DNA from: Breznakia blatticola
GTDB lineage: Bacteria; Bacillota_I; Bacilli_A; Erysipelotrichales; Erysipelotrichaceae
Direction of reading: 5' to 3'
Length of the DNA stretch: 17,485 nt
NCBI RefSeq assembly: GCF_004365815.1
Contig: NZ_SODD01000048.1
Location: 1-17,485, forward strand
Positions 1 to 8,385 of this stretch are shown here, one piece after another. Both the position numbers and the translations under genes were made by a program. Under the pieces are notes generated by a model, which worked only from the letters and a program-made list of their open reading frames with translations, was not told the origin of the DNA and did no database searches. The first letter of the stretch is position 1, and the number at the start of each line of letters is the position of its first letter.

Positions 1-60
1 ACCTTCCTTATTTTTATATGGTAATCTTACATTTCAATGTATCATCATACATGTAACAAT

Positions 61-1461
61 CTAAGTTAGGTGCGCATCGGTTGAATTAAGCCTAATTTTA
101 AATATGACTCCACCAGTTTCTACATTTTCTGCAACTACTTTATAGTTTGCTGAATGCACAACTTTGCTAACAATACTCAAACCAAGTCCAAATTGTCCGT
201 CACGACCTTTTTCATATGGTTTAAATAACGTTGGTAAAATTTCTTCTGGTATTTGTTCCCCATCGTTATAAATACACAATTGCTCCTCATCTAAGGTAAT
301 AACAATTTGTGTCTTTGCATAACGCAAGGCATTTTCTAATAAGTTTTCTACACATACACGCCAAGCTTCTTCATTCCCTCTAAAGAGCGATGACATGGTA
401 TTCTTTTCAATTTCAATTTCTGGACGGATAACTTTGGTATTCAAGACCACAGTATCCACGACATCACGCATGTCAGTGACAATTTCATCACTATCTTGAC
501 TTAAGATATATTCCACACGGTTCATAAATAGTAAACTACGAACCTTTTTTTCCAAACGATTGGCATTGTCGATAATAACATCTACACTTTTCTCCAATGT
601 ATCGTATGGGTAAATTCCATCCTTGATACTCTCCCCATAGGATTTAATGGTCGCAATCGGTGTTTTTAAATCATGCGAAATATTGTGAATCATTTCTTCT
701 TTTGTTTTTTCTTGTTTATTGAGTTCTTCTTGCATAGTTACAAGTGCCTCAGCAACCTCACCAATTTCATCCTTACGATTGATTTTCATCGTCGCTTCTT
801 TTCCAACACGAATACGATCAATATAGTTTTTGATAATATGTAATGGGCGAATAATATTTCCAACCCATAACATCATAATCACAAAAAATAGACCAACAAC
901 AAAAACCGTAATATCAATAACATTTTCAACAAACGTACTCTTGAATTCATTAATATATGCATTGTTTAGTAAAGAAACAAGTACCACATCATCTTCGAGC
1001 ATTCGAATGCTGTAATACGTATATTTATTTCCTGGATATACTCGTGCAATACTTTCATCCTCATAAAAAACTCCAAGTGGTCCTTTTTGGATAGCATCTT
1101 GAACTAGTAGATTGTTATAAACATCTGCATAGATTTTTTTATCATCCTTTAAGCCATCTGCATGATATTCTACATGATAGATGCCTTCGTTATCACGCTT
1201 AAAAAAGTAGCTATCAATCATACGATTATCATTTTGTGCAAGTTGCGTTGTATCGACATCCACAGAATGATAAATATAGCTTAAGTTATCTTGTGTTTCA
1301 CTTAGTTGGGTAAACATTTGTTCTTCGGTGTAGTTATTTACATTGGAATTGACAAAAATAAAGAAGAACACAGCAAAAAACGACACGAAGCAAACAATCA
1401 AAACAATCAATTGTTGCGACAAAGAAAGTCGTTTTACCCATAATCGGTTATTTACTTCCAT
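61..1461 (-). CDS. Two-component sensor histidine kinase (TM - extracytoplasmic domain - TM - HAMP - HisKA - HATPase_c)
   Basis: 466-aa ORF. Two hydrophobic segments (approx. res 15-37 and 183-205) bracket a ~145-aa extracytoplasmic region. H-box HNISHDLKTPIATIKSY, N-box ENLLENALRYA, G-boxes IYNDGEQIP and GLGLSIV. The start ATG overlaps the regulator stop in TAATG. Confidence 0.9.
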   Translation of the reverse strand: MEVNNRLWVKRLSLSQQLIVLIVCFVSFFAVFFFIFVNSNVNNYTEEQMFTQLSETQDNLSYIYHSVDVDTTQLAQNDNRMIDSYFFKRDNEGIYHVEYHADGLKDDKKIYADVYNNLLVQDAIQKGPLGVFYEDESIARVYPGNKYTYYSIRMLEDDVVLVSLLNNAYINEFKSTFVENVIDITVFVVGLFFVIMMLWVGNIIRPLHIIKNYIDRIRVGKEATMKINRKDEIGEVAEALVTMQEELNKQEKTKEEMIHNISHDLKTPIATIKSYGESIKDGIYPYDTLEKSVDVIIDNANRLEKKVRSLLFMNRVEYILSQDSDEIVTDMRDVVDTVVLNTKVIRPEIEIEKNTMSSLFRGNEEAWRVCVENLLENALRYAKTQIVITLDEEQLCIYNDGEQIPEEILPTLFKPYEKGRDGQFGLGLSIVSKVVHSANYKVVAENVETGGVIFKIRLNSTDAHLT

Positions 1462-2117
1462 TATCCTAATCGATACCCAAATCCATAAATCGTATGGATG
1501 TTCAAGTTTGGTAATTTCTTACGTAAACGACGTAATGTATCATCTACAACTCGATCACTACCAAAGTAGTTATCTTCCCATACATTCTCTAAAATCATTT
1601 CACGTGAGAAGGCAATTCCTTTATTGCGAATAAACATCATCAACAAGTCAAATTCTTTCGTTGTTAGATCAATTTCTTCGTTACCTTCAAAGACTTTACG
1701 TTGCACTTCATCAAGCTCATATCCATCAATTTGAATACGGTTGCTTTCTTTGTATGCACGCTTCATCAAGTTATTTACACGCAATACCAATTCTTTAGGC
1801 GAGAATGGTTTTGTAATGTAGTCATCACTACCTTTTTCTAAACCGATAATGCGGTCAAATTCTTTATCACGCGCACTCATGAAAATAACTGGTATTTCAC
1901 TACCTTGCGAACGTATTTCTTCAATTAGATCAAAGCCGCTCTTGTTATCTAACATGATATCTAAAATCCATAAATGCACATCTTCATCATTGATATGCTC
2001 ATATGCTTCATTATAAGTCAAATATGAACGTACTTCGTATCCTTCTTTTTCTAGATAACGCTTTACAAGTTCATTTAAATCTTTTTCATCTTCTACGACA
2101 CATATAACTTTTTTCAT
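1461..2117 (-). CDS. OmpR/PhoB-family DNA-binding response regulator
   Basis: 218-aa ORF. Receiver domain with acidic pocket VVEDE, phospho-acceptor context LWILDIML and conserved KPF. C-terminal winged-helix region (LTTKEFDLLMMF ... TIYGFGYRL). Translationally coupled to the kinase. Confidence 0.92.
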   Translation of the reverse strand: MKKVICVVEDEKDLNELVKRYLEKEGYEVRSYLTYNEAYEHINDEDVHLWILDIMLDNKSGFDLIEEIRSQGSEIPVIFMSARDKEFDRIIGLEKGSDDYITKPFSPKELVLRVNNLMKRAYKESNRIQIDGYELDEVQRKVFEGNEEIDLTTKEFDLLMMFIRNKGIAFSREMILENVWEDNYFGSDRVVDDTLRRLRKKLPNLNIHTIYGFGYRLG

Positions 2118-2139
2118 AGTTTGTACCTCTTCTTCCTCT

Positions 2140-2148
2140 ATTGTAACA
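2140..2148 (-). promoter_or_regulatory. Candidate extended -10 promoter (TGtTACAAT) for the two-component operon
   Basis: Minus strand reads TGTTACAAT about 22 nt upstream of the regulator ATG, immediately downstream of the glmM terminator. The -35 position is only a T-run. Confidence 0.35.
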
Positions 2149-2162
2149 AAATTATGTGATAG

Positions 2163-2198
2163 AAAAAAGGACTTTACTGCCTGAGCAGCTTATAGTCC
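2163..2198 (-). terminator. Intrinsic terminator after glmM
   Basis: Minus strand GGACTATAAGCTGCTCAGGCAGTAAAGTCC, with outer arms GGACTATA/TAAAGTCC (one mismatch) and inner CTGC-TCAG-GCAG, followed by TTTTTT. The glmM stop codon (2190-2192) lies in the 5' arm. Confidence 0.6.
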
Positions 2199-3527
2199 TT
2201 GTTCTTTTATATATTCAACAACTTGTGTAACGTATTTTTCGCAAAGTGCGTCCGTTTTTGCTTCAACCATAACACGTACAAGTGGTTCTGTACCACTTGG
2301 TCTTACAAGAATACGACCTTCATCACCAAGTTCTTTTGCAACTTCATCAACTTGTGCAAGTAAGCCTTCATCTTTTAATGCAGCTTCTTTATCTTGTACT
2401 TCAACATTGATTAATAATTGTGGGTAAATAAACAATTCTTCACCAAGTTCTTTTAATGATTTCTTTGTTGATGTCATCATCTCCACTAACATTAGTGCAC
2501 TAAGAAGCCCATCTCCAGTCACTGCATGTTCTCTAAAAATAATGTGTCCAGATTGTTCTCCACCTAGAGAATAATCATGTTTTTCCATTTCTTCAGTTAC
2601 GTATTTATCACCAACTGGTGTTTGTACATACGTAATTCCAAGTTCATCCAATGCTTTATATAATCCTAAGTTTGCCATTACTGTTGTGACTACAACATTG
2701 TCATTTAAGCGATTTTTATCACTTAAATATTTACTTGTTGTATATAAAATGTAGTCTCCATCGAAAAGATTTCCATCTTCATCAACAGCAATCAAACGGT
2801 CCGCATCCCCATCAAATGCAAATCCAACATCATACTTTCCTGATTTCATCAATTTTTGTAAGTCTTCAGGATGTGTCGAACCACAGTGGTTATTAATGTT
2901 CGTTCCATTTGGCATAGAGTGAATAACTTTCACATTCATTCCTAAGTCAGTAAATAAATCAACAGCTGTACTAGTTGCACTACCATTTGCTAAATCAAGT
3001 GCAACATTTAATCCAGTTGCATCAATGTGATTGATTGTATTTTTCAAGTAACTTTCATAAATCGCCAATCCACGTGCAAAGTCAACAGATTTTCCAATAT
3101 CGTCACCTTTAGCTGGTTCAATACTAATTTTACCATCCATATAATCTTCGATGCTAGCTTCCAAGTTTGGATCCATCTTCTTGCCTTCAAAGTTGAATAA
3201 TTTAATTCCATTATCATAGAATGGGTTGTGCGAAGCACTAATCATAACCCCACAATCAAAGTGTTCTTGCTTTACCAAGTAAGAAATACATGGTGTTGGA
3301 CATACACCAACTGCATATACATTTGCCCCTGTACTAATTGCACCAGCACTAATTGCTAATTCAAACATGTCACTAGATAAACGTGTGTCTTTCCCAATGA
3401 TAATTTTTGCTTTCTTATTTTTTGAAAAATAATGCCCCAAGTATTGACCGATTTTCACAGCCATATCTAATGTTAGTTTTTCATTTGCCTTCCCGCGGAC
3501 ACCATCTGTTCCAAAATATTTACCCAT
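2190..3527 (-). CDS. glmM: Phosphoglucosamine mutase
   Basis: 445-aa ORF starting MGKYFGTDGVRGKAN. Catalytic phosphoserine loop ISASHNP, metal site FDGDADR, sugar loop GGEQSGH and RPSGTEP near the C-terminus. Conserved position after cdaA-cdaR. Confidence 0.96.
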   Translation of the reverse strand: MGKYFGTDGVRGKANEKLTLDMAVKIGQYLGHYFSKNKKAKIIIGKDTRLSSDMFELAISAGAISTGANVYAVGVCPTPCISYLVKQEHFDCGVMISASHNPFYDNGIKLFNFEGKKMDPNLEASIEDYMDGKISIEPAKGDDIGKSVDFARGLAIYESYLKNTINHIDATGLNVALDLANGSATSTAVDLFTDLGMNVKVIHSMPNGTNINNHCGSTHPEDLQKLMKSGKYDVGFAFDGDADRLIAVDEDGNLFDGDYILYTTSKYLSDKNRLNDNVVVTTVMANLGLYKALDELGITYVQTPVGDKYVTEEMEKHDYSLGGEQSGHIIFREHAVTGDGLLSALMLVEMMTSTKKSLKELGEELFIYPQLLINVEVQDKEAALKDEGLLAQVDEVAKELGDEGRILVRPSGTEPLVRVMVEAKTDALCEKYVTQVVEYIKEQGL

Positions 3528-3540
3528 AATACTCTTCTCC

Positions 3541-4896
3541 TCACTGAATCTGTAATTCTATTTCTTCATTTTCTAATTTATAACGTAATTGGTTGTTTGT
3601 GTTTTTTAATTGTAAGCGGATTGTATACGTTCCAGGTGCTTCACATTCTTGTAAATCTGCAACTAGATAAATATCCTCTGCTTTTAGTTTATCAATTACA
3701 CTTTCCAAACCACTTACGGTTACCTGTTGTTTCAACGTATCTCCATTAAGTACCCCTAAATCATCTTTTAAATTTGTAAAACGAACGGGTACATCATCAA
3801 ATGTTTTTGTTTTCCCTTTTCCAAAGTTAACTTTCACACTTAATGTTAATGTGTCCCCTTTAACTGCAGTTCCATTTGGTAGTTTTACTGGAACTGTTAC
3901 TGTTTTTGTGCTCATATCTTTGGTTACATTGTTTAATGGAATACTTACAGATAATTCATTTAAATTATCCAAGACTTTAGTTGAACCATAGATGGTTACT
4001 TCTTCTTGATCAAGTTCAAAACTTGAAATTGCGACATCTTCTGGCAGTTCACCAGTAAAGTCTAATTTTATTGGCACAACTTTATGTGGTGAGCTTACAG
4101 CTACTTCAACTCCAACTGTTGCAGGCAGTATATCCACAGCTAGTCGATCTCCATTTGCATTGTATGCAACAATTTGGGCATCTTGTCTAAAGTCTGCCTT
4201 TTTATCTGCAACGTCAATTAATGCTTTCACATATGCGATTTCTTGCATACGTTCATCACTGGCACGAATGATAACTTCGTTTTGATCAAACACTGGTTCA
4301 GATAAACTATAAATATCATCCATTTGGTTCATATTTACAAAATCATAACCAAGTGAGAAACTACGACTGACTTTTTTTCGTACCGTAACTAAAGCCACTG
4401 ATGGGTTGACGCTTACATCAACCTTATCTGAGAAGTTTAATGGAACAAGTTCTACTTCGTATGTCCCAACTCCTTTATCACTCAAGTTTGCCATAACTTG
4501 ATAATTGTCTTTTCTTTGACTTGCGTATTGTACATCACCAGCATCACCAGTGATAGTTACTGTGACTGTTTCAGGTAAGTCAATTACTTCATATTCTGAT
4601 GAAGAAATATTGGTTACTACTGGAATATCTTTTACATCTGTTGCTGAACGAATTTGATTTGTAAAGATATTTCCTTCAATATCTTGTGAGACAACTGCAA
4701 ATAGTAATGCGGCAATGGCTACTGCAATCACTTTTGCATACCGTTGACTAAAGAGGATGCGATCCACCCATTTCGAAACGATTCCAAACAAACGCAACAC
4801 GACTTGTTCAGCTTTTGAGTACGTGTTCTTAAATGAAGTTGTACTTTTTACAATTGGCTTTGGAATTTCCGTTTTTCGTGTTCTATTTTTTCGCAT
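3541..4896 (-). CDS. cdaR: CdaA regulatory protein CdaR (YbbR-repeat protein)
   Basis: 451-aa ORF with a basic N-terminus, a single TM segment (YAKVIAVAIAALLFAVV), then a long beta-rich extracytoplasmic region with repeated roughly 80-90-aa YbbR-like modules. Perfect SD (AAAGGAGGAAAG) inside the cdaA 3' end, with a 14-nt overlap with cdaA. Canonical cdaA-cdaR-glmM synteny. Confidence 0.85.
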   Translation of the reverse strand: MRKNRTRKTEIPKPIVKSTTSFKNTYSKAEQVVLRLFGIVSKWVDRILFSQRYAKVIAVAIAALLFAVVSQDIEGNIFTNQIRSATDVKDIPVVTNISSSEYEVIDLPETVTVTITGDAGDVQYASQRKDNYQVMANLSDKGVGTYEVELVPLNFSDKVDVSVNPSVALVTVRKKVSRSFSLGYDFVNMNQMDDIYSLSEPVFDQNEVIIRASDERMQEIAYVKALIDVADKKADFRQDAQIVAYNANGDRLAVDILPATVGVEVAVSSPHKVVPIKLDFTGELPEDVAISSFELDQEEVTIYGSTKVLDNLNELSVSIPLNNVTKDMSTKTVTVPVKLPNGTAVKGDTLTLSVKVNFGKGKTKTFDDVPVRFTNLKDDLGVLNGDTLKQQVTVSGLESVIDKLKAEDIYLVADLQECEAPGTYTIRLQLKNTNNQLRYKLENEEIELQIQ

Positions 4897-5872
4897 TTGT
4901 CTTTCCTCCTTTCGCCTTACCTTCTTTTGTATTTTCCTTTAAAGGTGTGCTCGGTTGAACTACAATTGCTTCTGCTTCAATTTTTGCATCTTTTTTACGT
5001 GATCTCTTTTTAATCAAAGGTTTCACTTCTTTTATTGGTACATCTTGTGTAGGTGATGCAGGTGCTTGTTGTGTTTCACTAGTTGTTGTACTTACCACCG
5101 GATCACTTGCTTGCAAGGCTCTAACAAGAGTTGCACGTAAGTTTACTGCATTTACTTGCGTCAGAACTCCTTCTTTAGCAATCGATACATTTCCAGTTTC
5201 TTCAGATACAACAATTGTTATACTGTCGGTTACTTCACTAATTCCAACGGCTGCTCTATGACGTGCTCCATATTGACGTGGGAATTCACGAGTCGTCGGT
5301 GGAAAGAATGCACTTGCACATGCAATTCGATTCCCACGAATAATAACCGCCCCATCATGTAATGGTGTTCCTTCCCAGAAAATCGTTCCTAATAATTCAT
5401 CACTTACATCTGCATCAAGTGCTGTTCCGGTTGCAATATAATCATCAAGCGAGTTGGTTTGTTCCAAACAAATCAAAGCTCCTGTCTTACTGTTTGCTAA
5501 ATCATTTGTTGAGCGAACCAGTTCATCAATCAAGCGTTCTTTTTCAGATTGATTCAAACTCGAAATACTTGTAAATGTCGTCTTTCCAAGTTTTTCTAAC
5601 AGCGAACGAACTTCAGGTTGGAAAATAATAAAGATGACCAATACTCCCCAGTTTAGAACTTGTGTAGTAATAAAGGCAATGGTACGCAACCCTAAAGTTT
5701 GCGCAATCCAGTTTATAAGTAACACAAACAAAATACCTTTCACTAATTGAATGGTTCTTGAGTTGTTTTTTACAATTTTCAAACAATAGTAAATGATGAT
5801 TGATACAACACCTACATCAAGTACAATTTTTAAAACGGCAATCAGATTGCTTAAGGTTAAGTAATTTAACAT
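4883..5872 (-). CDS. cdaA: Diadenylate cyclase CdaA (membrane-anchored, DAC domain) with an extended C-terminal tail
   Basis: Three N-terminal TM helices, then a DAC domain with the DGA (PLHDGAVII) and RHR (GARHRAAVG) signature motifs. I prefer the ATG at 5872 (GAGG SD 5 nt upstream) over the GTG at 5878 used by the ORF track. Confidence 0.93.
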   Translation of the reverse strand: MLNYLTLSNLIAVLKIVLDVGVVSIIIYYCLKIVKNNSRTIQLVKGILFVLLINWIAQTLGLRTIAFITTQVLNWGVLVIFIIFQPEVRSLLEKLGKTTFTSISSLNQSEKERLIDELVRSTNDLANSKTGALICLEQTNSLDDYIATGTALDADVSDELLGTIFWEGTPLHDGAVIIRGNRIACASAFFPPTTREFPRQYGARHRAAVGISEVTDSITIVVSEETGNVSIAKEGVLTQVNAVNLRATLVRALQASDPVVSTTTSETQQAPASPTQDVPIKEVKPLIKKRSRKKDAKIEAEAIVVQPSTPLKENTKEGKAKGGKTNAKK

Positions 5873-5894
5873 AAACACCTCATTTTCTTTTTCA

Positions 5895-5903
5895 ATTATA
5901 GCA
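5895..5903 (-). promoter_or_regulatory. Candidate extended -10 promoter (TGcTATAAT) for cdaA-cdaR-glmM
   Basis: Minus strand TGCTATAAT lies 22 nt upstream of the cdaA ATG, downstream of the maf terminator. No well-spaced -35. Confidence 0.4.
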
Positions 5904-5945
5904 TAAATCCATTATAGAATGTGAAGCAATAGAATGGGATCTCAC

Positions 5946-5972
5946 AAAAAAAGAAGCATCTACTGATACTTC
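5946..5972 (-). terminator. Intrinsic terminator after maf
   Basis: Minus strand GAAGTATC-AGTA-GATGCTTC (8-bp stem including one G-U pair, 4-nt loop) followed by TTTTTTT. The maf TAG stop sits inside the hairpin. Confidence 0.75.
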
Positions 5973-6517
5973 TTCAGTCTTTGATATAATTCTCCAATTG
6001 GCAATCCCATGATGGTAAAGTAATCTCCATCAATGGATTTCACAAATGCTTTTGCTTTTTCTTGAATTCCATAAGCTCCTGATTTATCGTACGGTGCTTC
6101 TGCTTCAATATAATCTTCAATTTCTTGATCACCCAATTCATAGAAGTATACTTCACTTACACTAGCAAAGCTTTCAACATGACCATTTGCGATAATTGCT
6201 ACTCCACTAATCACTTGATGGGATGTATTGCTATACGATTTCAACATACGAAATGCTTCATCTTTATCTTTTGGTTTTCCTAAAATTTTTCCATCTTGAT
6301 ATACAATGGTATCACAGCCAATAACAATACTATCTGGATGATCTTTAGCAACTGCAAATGCTTTTGCACTTGCTACTTCTTGAATCGCATCTCGAATATC
6401 AATTTCCATGTTGAACGTTTCTTGACTATCACTTACAATCACAGAAAACTCAAGTCCAACACTTTCCATCAATTCTTTTCTTCTTGGACTTTGACTAGCT
6501 AAAATGATTGGTTTCAT
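5960..6517 (-). CDS. maf: Maf-family nucleoside triphosphate pyrophosphatase (septum formation protein Maf)
   Basis: 185-aa ORF with N-terminal ILASQSPRRKELM, an internal GCDT motif and C-terminal KSGAYGIQ, which are typical Maf/YhdE signatures. The start overlaps the ilvE stop (TAATG). Confidence 0.9.
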   Translation of the reverse strand: MKPIILASQSPRRKELMESVGLEFSVIVSDSQETFNMEIDIRDAIQEVASAKAFAVAKDHPDSIVIGCDTIVYQDGKILGKPKDKDEAFRMLKSYSNTSHQVISGVAIIANGHVESFASVSEVYFYELGDQEIEDYIEAEAPYDKSGAYGIQEKAKAFVKSIDGDYFTIMGLPIGELYQRLKKYQ

Positions 6518-7578
6518 TAAATCTTACGTACCCATCCATATGGATCTTCAAGATTTCCCCATTGAATCCCTGTTAAGGTTTCATACAGTTTATGTGTAAT
6601 TGGTCCAGTCTTAAAGTTATTGATAATTTGTTCATTCCCTTTGTAGTTAAGTTCACCAATCGGTGAAATAACTGCAGCAGTTCCTGTTCCAAATGCTTCT
6701 TGTAGTTTTCCTGTTTTTGTCCACTCCATCAAATCGTTAATATCGATGTGTGTTTCTTTTACTGTGTAACCCCAATCACGAAGGATACGAATACATGAAT
6801 CTCTAGTAATTCCAGGCAATACACTTCCTTCTAATGGTGGTGTTAAAATTTCTCCATCTACCACAAACATAACATTCATCGTTCCAACTTCTTCTACATA
6901 TTTACGGTGTACACCATCAAGCCATAATACTTGTGTGTATCCTGCATCTTGTGCTTTTACTTGTCCAATGATACTTGCTGCATAGTTTCCACCACACTTA
7001 GCAAATCCTGTACCACCAACAACCGCGCGTACATATTCATCTTCTACGAAGATTTTTACTGGGTTTACACCTTCAGGGTAGTATTGTCCAACTGGACTTA
7101 AAATTACCATGAATTTATATGATGTTGCTGGGTGTACTCCAACAGCTGCTTCTGTAGCAAAACAGAATGGACGAATATATAATGAGGTTCCTTCGCTTGT
7201 AGGAATCCAGTCTTTTTCATAACGTACCAGTTCTTCTACTGCTTCAACGAAAATTTCTTCAGGTACTTCTGCCATACATAAACGTTCATTACTTTTTTGC
7301 ATACGTAAGGCATTCATTTCTGGACGGAAGATCAGAATATCATCACCATTACGGTAGGCTTTCAATCCTTCAAATGTTTCTTGTGCATAATGCAATACCA
7401 TGCTTGCAGGATCCATTGGAATTGGTCCATAAGGTATAATTTGTGCATTGTGCCAACCTTCATCTACACTCCAATCCATCATAAACATATGATCTGTATA
7501 GTACTTACCAAATCCTAAGTTTTCTTCATCCGCAGGTTTTGCTTTTAATGTTTCTGCTTTGGTGATTTTTATATTCAT
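6517..7578 (-). CDS. ilvE: Branched-chain amino acid aminotransferase (class IV PLP enzyme)
   Basis: 353-aa ORF with EGLKAYR, LYIRP, KCGGNYAAS, EEVGTMNVMF, LPGITRDS and FGTGTAAVISP motifs characteristic of Firmicute IlvE/YbgE-type BCATs. SD AAGGGGGA upstream. Confidence 0.93.
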   Translation of the reverse strand: MNIKITKAETLKAKPADEENLGFGKYYTDHMFMMDWSVDEGWHNAQIIPYGPIPMDPASMVLHYAQETFEGLKAYRNGDDILIFRPEMNALRMQKSNERLCMAEVPEEIFVEAVEELVRYEKDWIPTSEGTSLYIRPFCFATEAAVGVHPATSYKFMVILSPVGQYYPEGVNPVKIFVEDEYVRAVVGGTGFAKCGGNYAASIIGQVKAQDAGYTQVLWLDGVHRKYVEEVGTMNVMFVVDGEILTPPLEGSVLPGITRDSCIRILRDWGYTVKETHIDINDLMEWTKTGKLQEAFGTGTAAVISPIGELNYKGNEQIINNFKTGPITHKLYETLTGIQWGNLEDPYGWVRKI

Positions 7579-7629
7579 ATTCGCTTCCCCCTTTTTATCT
7601 ATATTTGATAATATTTTACGCTTCTTTTA

Positions 7630-8337
7630 TTAAGAATACAATACTAGGCTAACTTTCTTTCTTCGTAGTAAATACACGAAACAAATGATGCCAATTAGAA
7701 CAAAGAGTCCAACAAACACCACAAGAATTCTTGTAACAAGTGCTTGGAAAACTGCTTCTGGTAACATGCGAATCATAAAATCAGTCGCTGGATTTAATAA
7801 CCACAAATCATTACTGAAGAACACACCATGAAACGATGTCCAAAAACTACTGAAATCGACTGCTGCATATAATCCAAGTGCACCCAAACATATGACAAAA
7901 ACAATACTCATTCGTAAATACCCAACGCTAAATACACTCATAAAATCTTTTGGTGCATCAACCAATACAATTAACAATAAACATATCGCAAAAATGATAC
8001 AAATTATTGCTACCATGCGAAAATCTAAATATAAGTCTTTTACATCTACCATATGTTTCGCTTCTTTTTCATTAAACATATCTCTTGTTTCTTCTTGATA
8101 CGTAATTTCAGTGTAGATATCTTCACGGTTTCCTTGAATGTAACTTAATAGATTTTCCATCGATGTTTGATAATCATTTTCACTCACATGCATACGTTGG
8201 TGAATACCCAGTCGTGCATCTTGTTTTGCATAAAAACTACTGTTAAGGGCAAATCCTTGGATACAACCAAAAAGTACACCTATCCAGATGCACAAAGCTA
8301 TAATTGCACTTAAACATACTTTTAATCCATATCTCAT
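7630..8337 (-). CDS. TIGR01906/DUF1461-family integral membrane protein (same family as lipoprotein intramolecular transacylase Lit)
   Basis: N-terminal TM, an extracytoplasmic segment containing FNEKEAKHMVDVKDLYL (the E..HM.DVK motif I associate with this family), then 3-4 C-terminal TMs. I favour the ATG at 8337 (MRYGLK...). The ORF-track start (TTG at 8361) lies inside the glmS terminator T-run. Neither start has an SD. Confidence 0.6.
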   Translation of the reverse strand: MRYGLKVCLSAIIALCIWIGVLFGCIQGFALNSSFYAKQDARLGIHQRMHVSENDYQTSMENLLSYIQGNREDIYTEITYQEETRDMFNEKEAKHMVDVKDLYLDFRMVAIICIIFAICLLLIVLVDAPKDFMSVFSVGYLRMSIVFVICLGALGLYAAVDFSSFWTSFHGVFFSNDLWLLNPATDFMIRMLPEAVFQALVTRILVVFVGLFVLIGIICFVYLLRRKKVSLVLYS

Positions 8338-8352
8338 AGTTCTATTATACGC

Positions 8353-8385
8353 AAAAAACAAAAAAGAGAAAGGTGAAACACCTTT
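8353..8385 (-). terminator. Intrinsic terminator after glmS
   Basis: Minus strand AAAGGTG-TTT-CACCTTT (7-bp stem) followed by CTCTTTTTTGTTTTTTG. The stem begins within the glmS TAA stop. Confidence 0.65.

Noticed and set aside
1-60. AT-rich hairpin (ATGTAT-GATG-ATACAT) after the kinase stop, and AAGGAAGG at the window edge (minus strand) as a possible terminator plus the next SD
   Set aside because: The hairpin is weak with no U-run. The putative downstream gene lies outside the window, so nothing can be verified.
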